Positions 40,003-50,896 are shown, numbered from the stretch's first letter. The stretch is DNA of 64,000 nt from an uncultured Desulfosarcina sp. (GCA_963674945.2 CAXXWQ010000004.1:1312001-1376000); one strand, 5' to 3'. Notes: a model not told the origin generated them from the letters alone. Made by a program: numbers and translations.

Positions 40003-40257
40003 CTATTGCCGCTCCTTTAAGAACCGGTCCCGGCAGTCGGTAGAGCAAAACAGAAGCGTCTGACCTTCGTGTTCCAAGGCCACCCCTTCCCGCCGTGGAA
40101 AATGGATACCGCATACCGGATCCTTGACCATAACGTCGTCCAGACGGGAATTGGATGCGTTCCCGACAGGGCCTGAGGTCAGGATCTTTCCGATTGCCCA
40201 GGATTTTACGGCCCTGTACACCAGGTAAACGATGACGAGCAGCAATAAAAGCTTCAC
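40003..40257 (-). CDS. YHS/TRASH-domain small membrane protein
   Basis: N-terminal TM segment, MVKDPVCG...FCSTDCRDRF. Confidence 0.8.
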   Translation of the reverse strand: MKLLLLLVIVYLVYRAVKSWAIGKILTSGPVGNASNSRLDDVMVKDPVCGIHFPRREGVALEHEGQTLLFCSTDCRDRFLKERQ

Positions 40258-40796
40258 AATGACACGCCTCCTATTTCCGCAGGCTGGTCTCTCAGCGGAT
40301 GAACCTGCTGGCCATCGCCGTCGAGTCGCGTGAGAAGGCGGACGACAGTCTCATCCAGCACGGGATGGACGACCGACGAATTTATATCACAGATGGGCTT
40401 CAGGACAAAAGCCCTTTTGTGCATGCGCGGATGGGGGATTGTGAGCCGATCTGTGTGAATCACCAGGTCGTCGTAGAGCAGAATATCCAGATCCAGCACC
40501 CGGGGGCCGAACCGAACGGTGTCCTTCGTCCGCCCCATTTTTCGCTGAATGACCTGCACTTCGTCCAGAAGATCAAACGGGGATAGCGTCGTTTCGATCA
40601 TCACGACCCCGTTGACGAACCAGGCCTGATCCGTATAGTCCACCGGCGAGGTGCGATAAAACCGGGATGATTTCAGAACCTTCGATCGGCCCGATTCGGT
40701 GAGTGCGGCGATGCCGGCCAGACAGTTGTCCAGTTTGTCGCCCATGTTCGAGCCGACGGAAATCAACGCCAGATGCGCTGTTTCTACTTCAGCCAC
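40254..40796 (-). CDS. folK: 2-amino-4-hydroxy-6-hydroxymethyldihydropteridine diphosphokinase
   Basis: GSNMG, FVNGV, GPRVLDLDILL, IPHPRMHKRAFVL. Confidence 0.96.
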   Translation of the reverse strand: MAEVETAHLALISVGSNMGDKLDNCLAGIAALTESGRSKVLKSSRFYRTSPVDYTDQAWFVNGVVMIETTLSPFDLLDEVQVIQRKMGRTKDTVRFGPRVLDLDILLYDDLVIHTDRLTIPHPRMHKRAFVLKPICDINSSVVHPVLDETVVRLLTRLDGDGQQVHPLRDQPAEIGGVSL

Positions 40797-41611
40797 GCCT
40801 CCTCCCACAATTCGCCGTTGTAGATCACCCGGGCGTCGCCTTCCAGGCATACCTCTTCGTATCCTGCTGCCGTGGGGGTAAAATGCACGGTCAGTCGTCC
40901 GCCGCTTCGGGTGGTCAGTATCACGGGTGATTCGACCTTGCCGCGTGCATGCAGAATCAGTGCTGCAGCCACGTTGCCCGTTCCGCAGGCCAGGGTTTCA
41001 TCCTCCACGCCCCGTTCATAGGTGCGGATGAAAAGCTCCCGGTTTTTCCCGAAAGCGACGAAGTTGGCATTGGTGCCGGCGGGGAAAAAATCGGCATGGT
41101 GCCGGATCAAACGGCCGGTTTCCACGACATCCACCGCATCGATGTCGTCGACGACGACCACTACGTGGGGAACGCCGGTATCGACGCTGCCCACCGAAAG
41201 AGAGCTGTCGGCCACGGAAAGTTCCCGTCGGGGCACGAGATTCACGGGATCGGTCATGCGAATCTTCACCCCTTCTCCCACGACATGCGCCTGGATGGTC
41301 CCCGCGAGTGTATCGAAGGAAAGATGGCGACCGCAAATCCCATGAAGAAATGCGAACCGGGCCGCGCAGCGGGCGCCGTTGCCGCACATTTCGGCGACGC
41401 TTCCGTCCGCGTTGAAGAACCGCCACATGAAATCGACCGTATCGGAAGGCTCGATAAGGATCAGGCCGTCGGCACCCGCGGAGACTCTTCTGCGGCAGGC
41501 ACCGACGATCAGGCGATGCAATCGATCTTCGGGAATTTTTTTGTCCCGGTTGTCGATGATGATGAAATCGTTACCGCTGCCGCTCATTTTGTAAAAAGAG
41601 ATTGGCTTCAT
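40784..41611 (-). CDS. dapF: Diaminopimelate epimerase
   Basis: GSGNDF, NADGS..MCGNG, ERGVEDETLACGTG. Confidence 0.97.
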   Translation of the reverse strand: MKPISFYKMSGSGNDFIIIDNRDKKIPEDRLHRLIVGACRRRVSAGADGLILIEPSDTVDFMWRFFNADGSVAEMCGNGARCAARFAFLHGICGRHLSFDTLAGTIQAHVVGEGVKIRMTDPVNLVPRRELSVADSSLSVGSVDTGVPHVVVVVDDIDAVDVVETGRLIRHHADFFPAGTNANFVAFGKNRELFIRTYERGVEDETLACGTGNVAAALILHARGKVESPVILTTRSGGRLTVHFTPTAAGYEEVCLEGDARVIYNGELWEEAWLK

Positions 41612-41626
41612 GGCTCCTCAGAATCA

Positions 41627-41647
41627 TTGACGGCTTCGTAAGAAGCC
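41627..41647. repeat. Short dispersed repeat GACGGCTTCGTAA (probable MITE end); copies at 22182-22196 (reverse) and 47070-47090
   Basis: Three near-identical copies at gene junctions. Confidence 0.6.
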
Positions 41648-41676
41648 TTTCGAAACCCTAATTTTATATCGATTCA

Positions 41677-42150
41677 TCAATCCGTGACCGGTGTTCGGGA
41701 CCAGACGTCGACATCCACAAGATCGGAATCGGGTCCGGTTCCACCGGGCATCACCAGGTTGACCTTGAAAACGTAGTGATAGTCCGATTCCACAGGAACC
41801 TGCAGTTCATACCGATTATCGTCGCGATCCACATATCCGATGGTGGCCATTTTCTCGAACACCTGGAGGCATCCTTGGCAAACCTCCATTTCAAGGGAAG
41901 ACTTTGCGCCGTAGATGACAAACTTCGCATGCTTCGCCTGTGTTCGGTGCAGTGGTTCAGACAAGGACCAGGTCAGTTTCACCCATGGCGCCTGTACGAC
42001 GCCGGCCAGGTCCACCACCCGGGGCACGGGCCGCTGCCAAAGGGGTTTCGGCGGCCCCTTGACGCCGCAGCCGGCAAACGACAAAACGCACAGCCAGCCA
42101 ATTACCGATAGCCCCAACCAGAAGGTGGTCTTACCCCTTTTCGACATCAC
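41677..42150 (-). CDS. Lipoprotein (LptM/YifL-like lipobox, FN3-like body)
   Basis: FAGCGVKGPP lipobox; CQGC motif; sits between argH and dapF. Confidence 0.7.
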   Translation of the reverse strand: MMSKRGKTTFWLGLSVIGWLCVLSFAGCGVKGPPKPLWQRPVPRVVDLAGVVQAPWVKLTWSLSEPLHRTQAKHAKFVIYGAKSSLEMEVCQGCLQVFEKMATIGYVDRDDNRYELQVPVESDYHYVFKVNLVMPGGTGPDSDLVDVDVWSRTPVTD

Positions 42151-43532
42151 GCCTTCTTGGCCAGCGCTTTCCTGGCGTCGGACAGGGCCTCGACGACCCG
42201 CTCGGTGGCCGTTCCACCGAGACTTTGACGGCGGTCGATCATGTGTGCGACGGTCAGGTGTTCAAAGATATCCGCCTGGATCAGCGAAGAGAACTCTTTC
42301 AGCTCATCCAGGGTCAATTGGTCAAGTTCCTTACCCGTGTCCAGTGCATAGGCCACGGCGCTTCCCACACAGGCGTGGGCTTTTCGAAACGGCATCCCCC
42401 TGGCCACCAGGTAATCGGCCATGTCCGTCGCGTTTAAAAATCCCGCAGATGCGGCCTTTGCCATGGCCGCTTTGTTGACGGTGATGTTGGGGAGCATCGC
42501 GACGTTGATGGAGAGACAGGCCCTAAGTGTGTCCACGGCATCGAACAGCGGCTCCTTGTCCTCTTGCATGTCGCGGTTGTACGCCAAGGGAAGGCTCTTC
42601 ATGATGGTGAGCAGGGATACCAGTGCCCCGAATACCCGTCCGGACTTTCCGCGCACGATCTCGGGGATATCCGGATTCTTTTTCTGGGGCATGATGCTGC
42701 TGCCCGTCGAAAAGGCATCGGACAAGGTGATGAATCCGAACTCCGATGTGGACCAGAGCACCAGTTCCTCGGAAAGCCGGCTTAAATGAACCATGCAGAT
42801 ACCGGCGTCGGCGAGAAACTCCATGACAAAATCACGATCGGACACCGCATCCATGCTGTTGGCGCTTACCTTGGGAAAATCCAGCAATTTGGCAACAAAT
42901 TCACGGTCGATGGGATAGGTGGTGCCGGCCAGGGCCGCCGCCCCCAAAGGCATGACGTCGATGCGTGCCAGACAGTCGGCGAAACGATCCTGGTCCCGGG
43001 AAAACATCTCGTAATAGGCCAGCATGTGGTGGGAAAAGAGTACGGGCTGCGCCCGCTGGGTGTGGGTGTAGCCGGGCATGACCACATCCTTGTGGGCGTC
43101 GGCCAGATCCACCAGCACCGTGCGCAGAGAGTGCAACAGATCGAGGATGCGACGGGTCTCTTCCCGCAGATACATGCGAACGTCCAGAGCCACCTGGTCG
43201 TTGCGGCTGCGGGCGGTGTGCAGTTTGAGGGCCACCTTCCCCGCCACCTGCAACAGACGGGCTTCGATGTGCATGTGGATGTCTTCCAGGCTGTCATCGA
43301 ATTCGAAATCTCCGCGATCCAACTCCCGTTTGATGGTGCCAAGCCCCTCCACCAGCTGTACCGCCTCCGCATCGGTGATGACGCCGACCTTGGCCAGCAT
43401 TTTACAATGGGCGATGGAACCTTTGATATCGTACGGATAGAGCTTGCTGTCATATGCGATGGAAGCGGTGAAGGCCTCCACGCTTTTATCCGTCTTCTCG
43501 GAAAAGCGACCGTCCCAGGGTTTTCCCACCAT
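42147..43532 (-). CDS. argH: Argininosuccinate lyase
   Basis: HTARSRNDQV, MPGYTH, GSSIMPQKKNPD. Confidence 0.98.
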   Translation of the reverse strand: MVGKPWDGRFSEKTDKSVEAFTASIAYDSKLYPYDIKGSIAHCKMLAKVGVITDAEAVQLVEGLGTIKRELDRGDFEFDDSLEDIHMHIEARLLQVAGKVALKLHTARSRNDQVALDVRMYLREETRRILDLLHSLRTVLVDLADAHKDVVMPGYTHTQRAQPVLFSHHMLAYYEMFSRDQDRFADCLARIDVMPLGAAALAGTTYPIDREFVAKLLDFPKVSANSMDAVSDRDFVMEFLADAGICMVHLSRLSEELVLWSTSEFGFITLSDAFSTGSSIMPQKKNPDIPEIVRGKSGRVFGALVSLLTIMKSLPLAYNRDMQEDKEPLFDAVDTLRACLSINVAMLPNITVNKAAMAKAASAGFLNATDMADYLVARGMPFRKAHACVGSAVAYALDTGKELDQLTLDELKEFSSLIQADIFEHLTVAHMIDRRQSLGGTATERVVEALSDARKALAKKA

Positions 43533-43540
43533 GGTCCTTC

Positions 43541-44752
43541 TTACCCTTTCCGTTCCATTAATTTGCGAATCCGCAGGCGCAGGGCATGAAGCCGGATGAA
43601 TCCTTCGGCATCCGCCTGCCTGTATACATCGTCATCCTCGAAGGTCGCATGGGCCTCACTGTAAAGGGAGCGGTCGGATTTTCTGCCTCTGACGATGCAG
43701 TTTCCCTTGTACAATTCGAGGCGGACCACCCCGGAAACGTTGGTCTGGGTACTGTCGATCATCTTCTGTAGTACCTCCATCTCCGGAGAGAACCAGAAGC
43801 CATTGTATATGAGCTCTGCGTATCTTGGAATCTGCGAATCTCTCAGGTGCATCACCTCACGATCCATTGTGATGGATTCCATGGCCATGTGGGCCAATCG
43901 CAAGATGGTGCCGCCGGGTGTCTCGTAGACACCTCTCGATTTCATGCCCACGAAACGGTTCTCCACGAGGTCGACGCGGCCGATGCCGTGCTTTCCGCCC
44001 AGCCGGTTCAACACGGCAAGCAAATTGGCCGGTGAAAGGGCCTTGCCGTCGATTGCCACCGGATCACCGGCGTCGAAGGTGATCTCTATGGTCTCGGGTT
44101 CGTTCGGGGCATCCTTGGGCGAGACCGTCAAGGTGAAGATGTCGTCCGGTGGTGCGGCCCATGGATCCTCAAGGATTCCACCTTCGTAGCTGATGTGCAA
44201 GAGGTTGCCGTCGGTACTGTATGGTTTGGCGTGGGTGGTGGGTACCGATATACCGTGTTTTTCCGCAAAGGCCATGAGGGCGGTCCGGGAAGTAAGGTCC
44301 CACTCACGCCATGGCGCCACGATCTTTATGGCCGGATTCATGGCGTAGTAGCCCAACTCGAAACGGACCTGGTCGTTGCCCTTTCCCGTGGCGCCGTGGC
44401 TCACCGCATCGGCGTCTTCCATGGCGGCGATCTCCATCTGCCGCTTGGCGATGAGGGGTCTGGCGATGGCGGTTCCCAGCAGGTATTGTCCTTCGTAAAT
44501 CACGTTGGCCCGAAAGGCGGGAAAGACATAATCCTTGACGAACGTCTCCTTCAGGTCATCCACATAGGCCTTGACCGCCCCGGTCTTCAAGGCATTGGCC
44601 TCCACATGGTCCATGGCATCGACCTGGCCGATGTCGGCGGAAAAGGTAACCACTTCGCATTCGTAGGTTTCGATGAGCCACCGCAAAATCACCGATGTGT
44701 CCAGACCACCCGAATATGCCAGCACCACTTTGTTTATTTTTTTATCACCCAC
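43541..44752 (-). CDS. argG: Argininosuccinate synthase
   Basis: [34 protein letters not shown]. Confidence 0.98.
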   Translation of the reverse strand: MGDKKINKVVLAYSGGLDTSVILRWLIETYECEVVTFSADIGQVDAMDHVEANALKTGAVKAYVDDLKETFVKDYVFPAFRANVIYEGQYLLGTAIARPLIAKRQMEIAAMEDADAVSHGATGKGNDQVRFELGYYAMNPAIKIVAPWREWDLTSRTALMAFAEKHGISVPTTHAKPYSTDGNLLHISYEGGILEDPWAAPPDDIFTLTVSPKDAPNEPETIEITFDAGDPVAIDGKALSPANLLAVLNRLGGKHGIGRVDLVENRFVGMKSRGVYETPGGTILRLAHMAMESITMDREVMHLRDSQIPRYAELIYNGFWFSPEMEVLQKMIDSTQTNVSGVVRLELYKGNCIVRGRKSDRSLYSEAHATFEDDDVYRQADAEGFIRLHALRLRIRKLMERKG

Positions 44753-44779
44753 AATACAAAACTCCTATAGAACGTTATC

Positions 44780-44827
44780 AGTGCCCATCCAGAAATGGCC
44801 AATTTGCCCGATTTCTGAATAGACACT
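44780..44827. repeat. Internally deleted MITE-like repeat (same ends as 49089-49272)
   Basis: AGTGCCCATCCAGAAAT...ATTTCTGAATAGACACT imperfect IR. Confidence 0.6.
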
Positions 44828-44829
44828 AG

Positions 44830-46008
44830 TTACAAAATCTCATCCAGACATTCAACCAGTCGATCGATATCACCTGTCTCGATGATGAGCGGCGGCACGA
44901 ATCGAAGGGTATCGCCCTGGACGCAGTTGATCAAAAATCCCTTTTCCATGACCGCGGGCACCAGTTCATCGGCCGGCCCATCCAGGCGAATGCCCAGCAG
45001 CAAACCTTCTCCCCGGACTTCGATCACACACGGGTGGTCTTCTTTCAATTGCCTGAGCCGGTCCTTGAAGTATCGGCCCACCTCGCGGGCACGGTCCACC
45101 AGTTGCTCCTCCAAGATGATCTTCAGGGTCTCCAGCGCCGCCGCCGACACCAGGGGTGTCCCGCCGAAGGTGGAGGCATGGGCGCCGAACCCGAAGGCGG
45201 CGGCCACCTGCTCGGTGGCCAGCATGGCACCGATGGGAAGACCGTTGGCAAGCGCCTTGGCCAGGGTCATGATATCCGGTGTTACACCATAGTGCTCGTG
45301 GGCGAACAACTTTCCGGTCCGTCCCATGCCCGTCTGGATTTCGTCCAGGATCATCAATATACCGCGCCGGTCGCAGAGGTCTCGCACATTTTTAAGATAT
45401 TGGGGATCCGGGCAACAGATCCCCCCCTCTCCCTGGATGGGTTCCAGCATGACCGCACAGGTGTGATCGTCAATGGCCGATTCCAGGGCATCCATATCGT
45501 TAAAGGGAACGAAGGAAAATCCCTCCAGGACCGGATCGAAGCCTTTTTTGATCTTGTCCTGCCCCGTGGCGGATAAAGTGGCCATGGTTCGTCCGTGAAA
45601 GGATCTTTCCATGCTCACGATGCCGAACCGCTGTGCCTCTCCCCGGTCCTTGAAATATTTTCGCGCCAGCTTTATGGCCGCCTCGTTGGCCTCGGCACCG
45701 GAGTTGGCGAAAAAGACCCGATCGGCAAAACTGTTCTCCACCAGCATCCGGGCCAGTTCAGTCTGGGGGATGGTGTAATACAGATTGGAGACGTGCACCA
45801 GTTTCCTGGCCTGATCGGCAACACACGCTGCGATGCGGGGATGGGCATGGCCCAGGCTGCAAACGGCAATGCCCGAGACGAAATCGGTGTATTGACGTCC
45901 CTTCGTATCCCAGACCGATGTCCCAGCCCCTTTTTCCAACACGATGGGAAAGCGTTTGTATGTCATAAAAATGGCTTGATCCGCCATTTGCATAATTTCT
46001 TCTGTCAT
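44830..46008 (-). CDS. argD: Acetylornithine aminotransferase
   Basis: NSGAEANE, FHGRT, EPIQGEGG, DEIQTGMGRTG, LAKAL. Confidence 0.96.
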   Translation of the reverse strand: MTEEIMQMADQAIFMTYKRFPIVLEKGAGTSVWDTKGRQYTDFVSGIAVCSLGHAHPRIAACVADQARKLVHVSNLYYTIPQTELARMLVENSFADRVFFANSGAEANEAAIKLARKYFKDRGEAQRFGIVSMERSFHGRTMATLSATGQDKIKKGFDPVLEGFSFVPFNDMDALESAIDDHTCAVMLEPIQGEGGICCPDPQYLKNVRDLCDRRGILMILDEIQTGMGRTGKLFAHEHYGVTPDIMTLAKALANGLPIGAMLATEQVAAAFGFGAHASTFGGTPLVSAAALETLKIILEEQLVDRAREVGRYFKDRLRQLKEDHPCVIEVRGEGLLLGIRLDGPADELVPAVMEKGFLINCVQGDTLRFVPPLIIETGDIDRLVECLDEIL

Positions 46009-46029
46009 GAATTTTCTCCGAATATATGG

Positions 46030-46153
46030 AAAGAGTGTTAAGTGTAAAGTGATTAAGTTATGGTATTATATCGATTCATATTTTTGGCTACGAGCAAATA
46101 CTTGAACAATATAAAATCGATCTCCATCCTTCCCTTAACACTTAACACTTTTT
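46030..46153. repeat. Heptamer-repeat (AAGTGTT) hairpin element, copy 1
   Basis: Inverted arrays of AAGTGTT/AACACTT; 39/41-nt block identical to 58516-58556. Confidence 0.85.
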
Positions 46154-47050
46154 TTATTCCGTTACCTCCGTGCCAATCCCTCTATCCGTAAACAACTCTA
46201 ACAAGAGGGCGTGACGCCGCTTTCCGTTGATAATCGGCACCTTTTCCACGCCGTTTCGAATGGCGTGGAGGGCAAACTCGATTTTGGGAATCATGCCGCC
46301 ACTGATGCTGCCGTCGGCGATCATGCGGCCGATCGTATCCGCATCGATGGAGGAGATCAGCGCTCCCGTAGCGTCCAGCACCCCGTCCACATCCGTGAGC
46401 AGAAAGAGCCTTCCCGCGGACAGCGCCGTCGCCATGTGGCTGGCCACCAGATCCGCATTGATGTTATACGTCTCGCCGTTGGGTCCTGCGCCCACCGGTG
46501 CGATGATGGGAATGAATCCCTTTTGGGAAAGGGTGTGGATAATGTCCGGATTGATCCGGGTCACCTCTCCCACCATGCCCGGATCGATGATCTCCGGCGG
46601 GCTGTTGTCATCGGATCGATGGACGATCCGCATCTTCTCGGCCTGGATGAGCCCGCCGTCTTTGCCGGAAAGGCCGACCGCCTTTCCCCCCTGCTGGTTG
46701 ATCTGGGCCACGATCGCCTTGTTCACCTTGCCCCCCAGCACCATCTCCACCACGTCCATGGTGGGACCGTCGGTGAGCCGCATGCCACGTATGAACTGGG
46801 GCCGGATACCCATCTGGTCAAGCACCCGGTTGATTTGGGGGCCACCACCGTGGACCACGACGGGATTGAGTCCGATGAACTTCAAAAGGGTGATGTCCCT
46901 TGCAAAATCGACCTTGAGTTGCTCGTCCACCATGGCATGGCCACCGTATTTCACCACCACGGTCATGCCGGAAAACTTCCGGATATAGGGTAGCGCCTCA
47001 ATGAGGATATCAGCCACGGTGGAATTGGATGTGTGGGCTTGTTCAATCAT
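46154..47050 (-). CDS. argB: Acetylglutamate kinase
   Basis: VVKYGGHAM, VHGGGPQI, NINAD, GGMIPK. Confidence 0.98.
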   Translation of the reverse strand: MIEQAHTSNSTVADILIEALPYIRKFSGMTVVVKYGGHAMVDEQLKVDFARDITLLKFIGLNPVVVHGGGPQINRVLDQMGIRPQFIRGMRLTDGPTMDVVEMVLGGKVNKAIVAQINQQGGKAVGLSGKDGGLIQAEKMRIVHRSDDNSPPEIIDPGMVGEVTRINPDIIHTLSQKGFIPIIAPVGAGPNGETYNINADLVASHMATALSAGRLFLLTDVDGVLDATGALISSIDADTIGRMIADGSISGGMIPKIEFALHAIRNGVEKVPIINGKRRHALLLELFTDRGIGTEVTE

Positions 47051-47118
47051 TATGGTTTCCAGTTCAAGGTTGACGGCTTCGTAAAAAGCCCGATATCTTC
47101 ATTACGCTTCATCACACA

Positions 47119-48483
47119 TTACAAAATATAACGGCTCAGATCCTCGTCTTCCACGATCGCCTTGAGTTTATCCGAGACGTAGGCCGCATCCACGGTCAAG
47201 GCACTGTTCTGTGCATCCGGTGCATCGAAGAGGATGTCTTCCAGCAGCCGTTCCATCAGCGTGTGAAGTCGCCGTGCGCCGATATTTTCCGTTCGCTGAT
47301 TCACCGTCTCCGCGATCTCGGCGATCTTCTTTACCGCATCGTCGGAAAAAGAGAGGTCCACGTTTTCGGTTCTGAGCAGGGCGATATACTGCAGCAGCAG
47401 GGCGTTCTTGGGTTCGGTCAAGATCCGAAAAAAATCTTCTCGGTTGAGGGCATCCAGGGTCACCCGAATGGGAAACCGGCCCTGAAGCTCGGGGATCAGG
47501 TCCGAGGGTTTGATGGTGTGAAAGGCACCGGAAGCGATAAAAAGGATATGGTCGGTCTTGACCGGACCGTACTTCGTATTGACCGTGGAACCTTCCACGA
47601 TGGGAAGCAGATCCCGCTGCACCCCCTCCCTGGAAACATCCGGCCCGTGGCCGCCGCCGTTGCCGGCAATCTTGTCGATCTCGTCCAAGAAAATGATACC
47701 GGCCTGTTCCACCTTGGCGATGGCCTCCTGGATTACCTGGTCCATGTCCACGAGATTCTGGGCCTCCTCCGCAGCCATGGTATGCATGGCCTCGGGGACC
47801 TTGATTTTCCGCCGTCGTGTATTCTTGGGCATCAACGGCCCCAACATATCCTTGAAATTGATTCCCATCTCCTCCATGCCGACGTTGGAAAAAATCTCGA
47901 CCATGGGCATGTTTCGATCCGTCACATCCAGATCCACATAGCGGCTGTCCAGTTTCCCGGCCTTGAGCATCTTTCGCAGCTTCTCACGTGTCGACGAGGC
48001 GGTATCGGTGTCGGACGAAATCACCTCCAGACCACCTTCTGTGGAAGCATTTGCCCCGGGACGGTCGGACTTGGGCAATAAGAGATCCAGCATCCTTTCC
48101 TCGGCGATGCGCCAGGCTTTCTCCTTGACCGCCTCCTGCTGCGCGGCACGAAGGTTGTTGACAGTAAGTTCCAGCAAATCGCGGACCATGGACTCCACGT
48201 CCCGTCCCACGTATCCCACCTCGGTGAACTTGGACGCCTCCACCTTGTAGAAAGGAGAATCGCTCAAGCGTGACAGCCTCCTGGCAATTTCGGTTTTTCC
48301 GACCCCCGTAGGCCCGATGAGGATGATGTTTTTCGGTGCGATTTCGTCCCGCAGGGAATCAGGCACCTGTCGGCGACGCCAGCGGTTCCGCAAGGCGATG
48401 GCCACCGATCGTTTGGCCGTAGTCTGACCGATGACGTATTTGTCCAGTTCTGCGACGATTTCTGCTGGTTTCAGGTCTTTCAT
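47119..48483 (-). CDS. hslU: ATP-dependent protease ATPase subunit HslU
   Basis: [39 protein letters not shown]-terminal LSRYIL. Confidence 0.98.
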   Translation of the reverse strand: MKDLKPAEIVAELDKYVIGQTTAKRSVAIALRNRWRRRQVPDSLRDEIAPKNIILIGPTGVGKTEIARRLSRLSDSPFYKVEASKFTEVGYVGRDVESMVRDLLELTVNNLRAAQQEAVKEKAWRIAEERMLDLLLPKSDRPGANASTEGGLEVISSDTDTASSTREKLRKMLKAGKLDSRYVDLDVTDRNMPMVEIFSNVGMEEMGINFKDMLGPLMPKNTRRRKIKVPEAMHTMAAEEAQNLVDMDQVIQEAIAKVEQAGIIFLDEIDKIAGNGGGHGPDVSREGVQRDLLPIVEGSTVNTKYGPVKTDHILFIASGAFHTIKPSDLIPELQGRFPIRVTLDALNREDFFRILTEPKNALLLQYIALLRTENVDLSFSDDAVKKIAEIAETVNQRTENIGARRLHTLMERLLEDILFDAPDAQNSALTVDAAYVSDKLKAIVEDEDLSRYIL

Positions 48484-48486
48484 GGT

Positions 48487-49044
48487 TTATAGCTCTTCGA
48501 TGGTGATGCGGTCGTTTGTGAAAACACAAATGGAGGCAGCGATACTCATGGCCGTCTCGACGATCCGACGGGCATCCAGGTCGGTCTCCCGGCAAAGAGC
48601 CGTCGCCGCCGCCTGGGCCGCGACCCCACCGGACCCGATGGCGACCATGCCTTCATCCGGCTCGATGACATCTCCGTTTCCGGAAATCAGAAGCATGGCC
48701 TCACCATCCACGGCGATCATCAGGGCCTCCAGGCGTCGAAGATACTTATCCGCCCGCCAGTCCCGGGCCAGTTCCACGGCCGACCGTGTCAGGTTGCCAT
48801 TGTACCGCTCCAGCTTCTGTTCCAGCTTCTCGGTGAGGGTCAGGGCATCGGCCGTGGCACCGGCAAACCCCACCAGAATGGTATCGTTGTAAATTCGCCG
48901 TACCTTGCGTGCATTGTGCTTGATGACAGTATTGTTCAACGTCACCTGACCGTCGCCGGCCATCACCACGCGATCTTTTCCGCGCACGGCCAGGATCGTG
49001 GTCCCGTGAAAGCGAATGGAAGGTTCATTTGGATGAGGAATCAT
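48487..49044 (-). CDS. hslV: ATP-dependent protease peptidase subunit HslV
   Basis: [29 protein letters not shown]. Confidence 0.98.
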   Translation of the reverse strand: MIPHPNEPSIRFHGTTILAVRGKDRVVMAGDGQVTLNNTVIKHNARKVRRIYNDTILVGFAGATADALTLTEKLEQKLERYNGNLTRSAVELARDWRADKYLRRLEALMIAVDGEAMLLISGNGDVIEPDEGMVAIGSGGVAAQAAATALCRETDLDARRIVETAMSIAASICVFTNDRITIEEL

Positions 49045-49088
49045 GAGAAAAAAATAATCTCCTTTTAATGTCCATCCATTAAATTTCT

Positions 49089-49272
49089 ATCCAGAAATAG
49101 GCAAATTTGCTCGAGATCAAGGCGTACGACCAATTTTAGCTCAGGTTGTGCCGCAGGTGCCCCGAAGGAAATGCCCTTGGGGTGCATATGGTTGATATTC
49201 CGAGGATAAAATTTTCCGCGCTACGCCGATATCGGCCAAAGCCAAATATAATTGGCTTGGCCATTTCTGGAT
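49089..49272. repeat. MITE-like element with terminal IRs and a nested hairpin
   Basis: ATCCAGAAAT...ATTTCTGGAT ends shared with 44780-44827; non-coding, 184 bp. Confidence 0.65.
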
Positions 49273-49281
49273 GTACATTTT

Positions 49282-50211
49282 CTATCGCCTGGGGTGCGCC
49301 TTGTCGTACGCAGCCATAAGGCGATCGATGCCCACATGGGTATATTTTTGGGTGGTCGAAAGGCTCTTGTGTCCCAAAAGCTCCTGGACCATCCGAAGGT
49401 CCGCCCCCGCATCCAGCATGTGGGTGGCGAAACTGTGTCGGATGCCATGGGGGGAGATGGGCACCGCCAGGCTGCATTGAGCAACCAGTTTTTCCAGGAT
49501 CCGTGCCACGGATCGACTGCTGAGCCGCCCTTTGTTTTTGTTCAGGAACAACGGGCCGTCTTCCGACATACCGATTCCGGTGCTGGCCGAAAGTCGCTTG
49601 CGGTAATCACGGATTCGCTCCAATGCTCTTCCGCCCACGGGCACGATACGCTGACGTCCCCCCTTTCCCGAGACTCTTATGCAGCCGCTGGAAGAATCCA
49701 CGTCGTAAACGTTCAGTGCTGTCAATTCCGAGACCCGGATACCCGATCCGTAAAGCGTCTCGAAGAGTGCACGGTTTCGCAATCCCAGGACGGTGTCATC
49801 CAGGGTCTGGTCCAGCAGTCGGAACATGTCGTCCACCGACAGATATGCCGGCAGTCGCCGTCCGTATTTGGGTGTCAGGATGGCGGCCGCGGGATCATCG
49901 TCGATCAGCCTGTGCTTGATCAGGTGACGGAAAAAAGAGCGAAGGGTCGACAGCTTTCGGGCAATGGTCGATTTTTCGTTTCTCCCGTGCAAAGAGGCCA
50001 GGTATCCTCGAATTGTCAGTTGGTCGATGGCATCGAGTGTCAATCGACGCGATTCACTTTCGTCGGGTCCGGCAGATTCCATGGCCGCATAGTCGGCGAA
50101 CGCTGTCAGGTCCTGAGCGTATGCGCGGATTGTGTGATCGGAGTACCCCTTTTCCGATGCCAGCGCTGCGAGGAACAGGTCGATCTGTTCGGAAAGCAAA
50201 GGTGGTGTCAT
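49282..50211 (-). CDS. xerC: Tyrosine recombinase XerC
   Basis: YSDHTIRAY, LYGSGIRVSEL, SPHGIRHSFATHML..QELLGH..TTQKYT; xerC-hslVU synteny. Confidence 0.93.
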   Translation of the reverse strand: MTPPLLSEQIDLFLAALASEKGYSDHTIRAYAQDLTAFADYAAMESAGPDESESRRLTLDAIDQLTIRGYLASLHGRNEKSTIARKLSTLRSFFRHLIKHRLIDDDPAAAILTPKYGRRLPAYLSVDDMFRLLDQTLDDTVLGLRNRALFETLYGSGIRVSELTALNVYDVDSSSGCIRVSGKGGRQRIVPVGGRALERIRDYRKRLSASTGIGMSEDGPLFLNKNKGRLSSRSVARILEKLVAQCSLAVPISPHGIRHSFATHMLDAGADLRMVQELLGHKSLSTTQKYTHVGIDRLMAAYDKAHPRR

Positions 50212-50798
50212 TAAAAATCGATCCACTGTTCCAGTTGCGCCCACGAATCCACCGACAGGTAGTCGTGGGGACGCGAGTTCCACGGCTGATTGAAAACGAT
50301 GGGAGCGATACCGGCCTCTTGAAGCAAATGACAGGTCTCCAGACGATCCTCCATGAACCAATCGATGCCATTTTGCATGAGGACGTCGATCTTGGCGTCG
50401 AAAGCGCCGGTGGCGACAATCTCTGAGTTCTCACGATGCCCGTCCAGAAGTTCTTCGATCCACGGTCCCATGGGCCCAGCGTAATGCCTTGCCGTGATCA
50501 GTAAGATGCGACCGGCAGACCCTCCGATACGCCGCAGCACACGTCCGGCACCGTCCATGGGCTTGAGTATGGGGCGATAGTTGCCATCCATAATCCGGTC
50601 GACGGCACCGGCCATCACCTCCGGGTCCAGATCCAGGCAATCTTCCAACTGGTAATCGGTGATGTCTTCGTAATGCACCGTGTGAACATTGTAGTGTTCG
50701 TGCAAAATATCGATGAATAGCCCCATGGTATCGGCGATGACCCCGTCGATATCGAAGGCGATTTTTCGTGGATCGATTGTTTTTGGTTTAGTTTTCAT
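50211..50798 (-). CDS. HAD-superfamily 5'(3')-nucleotidase-like protein
   Basis: FDIDGVIAD, ITAR, K..., MEDR motifs. Confidence 0.85.
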   Translation of the reverse strand: MKTKPKTIDPRKIAFDIDGVIADTMGLFIDILHEHYNVHTVHYEDITDYQLEDCLDLDPEVMAGAVDRIMDGNYRPILKPMDGAGRVLRRIGGSAGRILLITARHYAGPMGPWIEELLDGHRENSEIVATGAFDAKIDVLMQNGIDWFMEDRLETCHLLQEAGIAPIVFNQPWNSRPHDYLSVDSWAQLEQWIDF

Positions 50799-50896
50799 AT
50801 GTTAACACCCACAATGGGTCTCCGATACACCCTGCATCCAACGGATCGAAAAAAGTTTTTTATGTAATCCCATTGGACCTCGGGTGTCAATAGCCT

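Noticed and set aside
49282..50211. Tyrosine recombinase as a mobile-element or integron integrase
   Set aside because: Motifs and xerC-hslVU synteny indicate housekeeping XerC.
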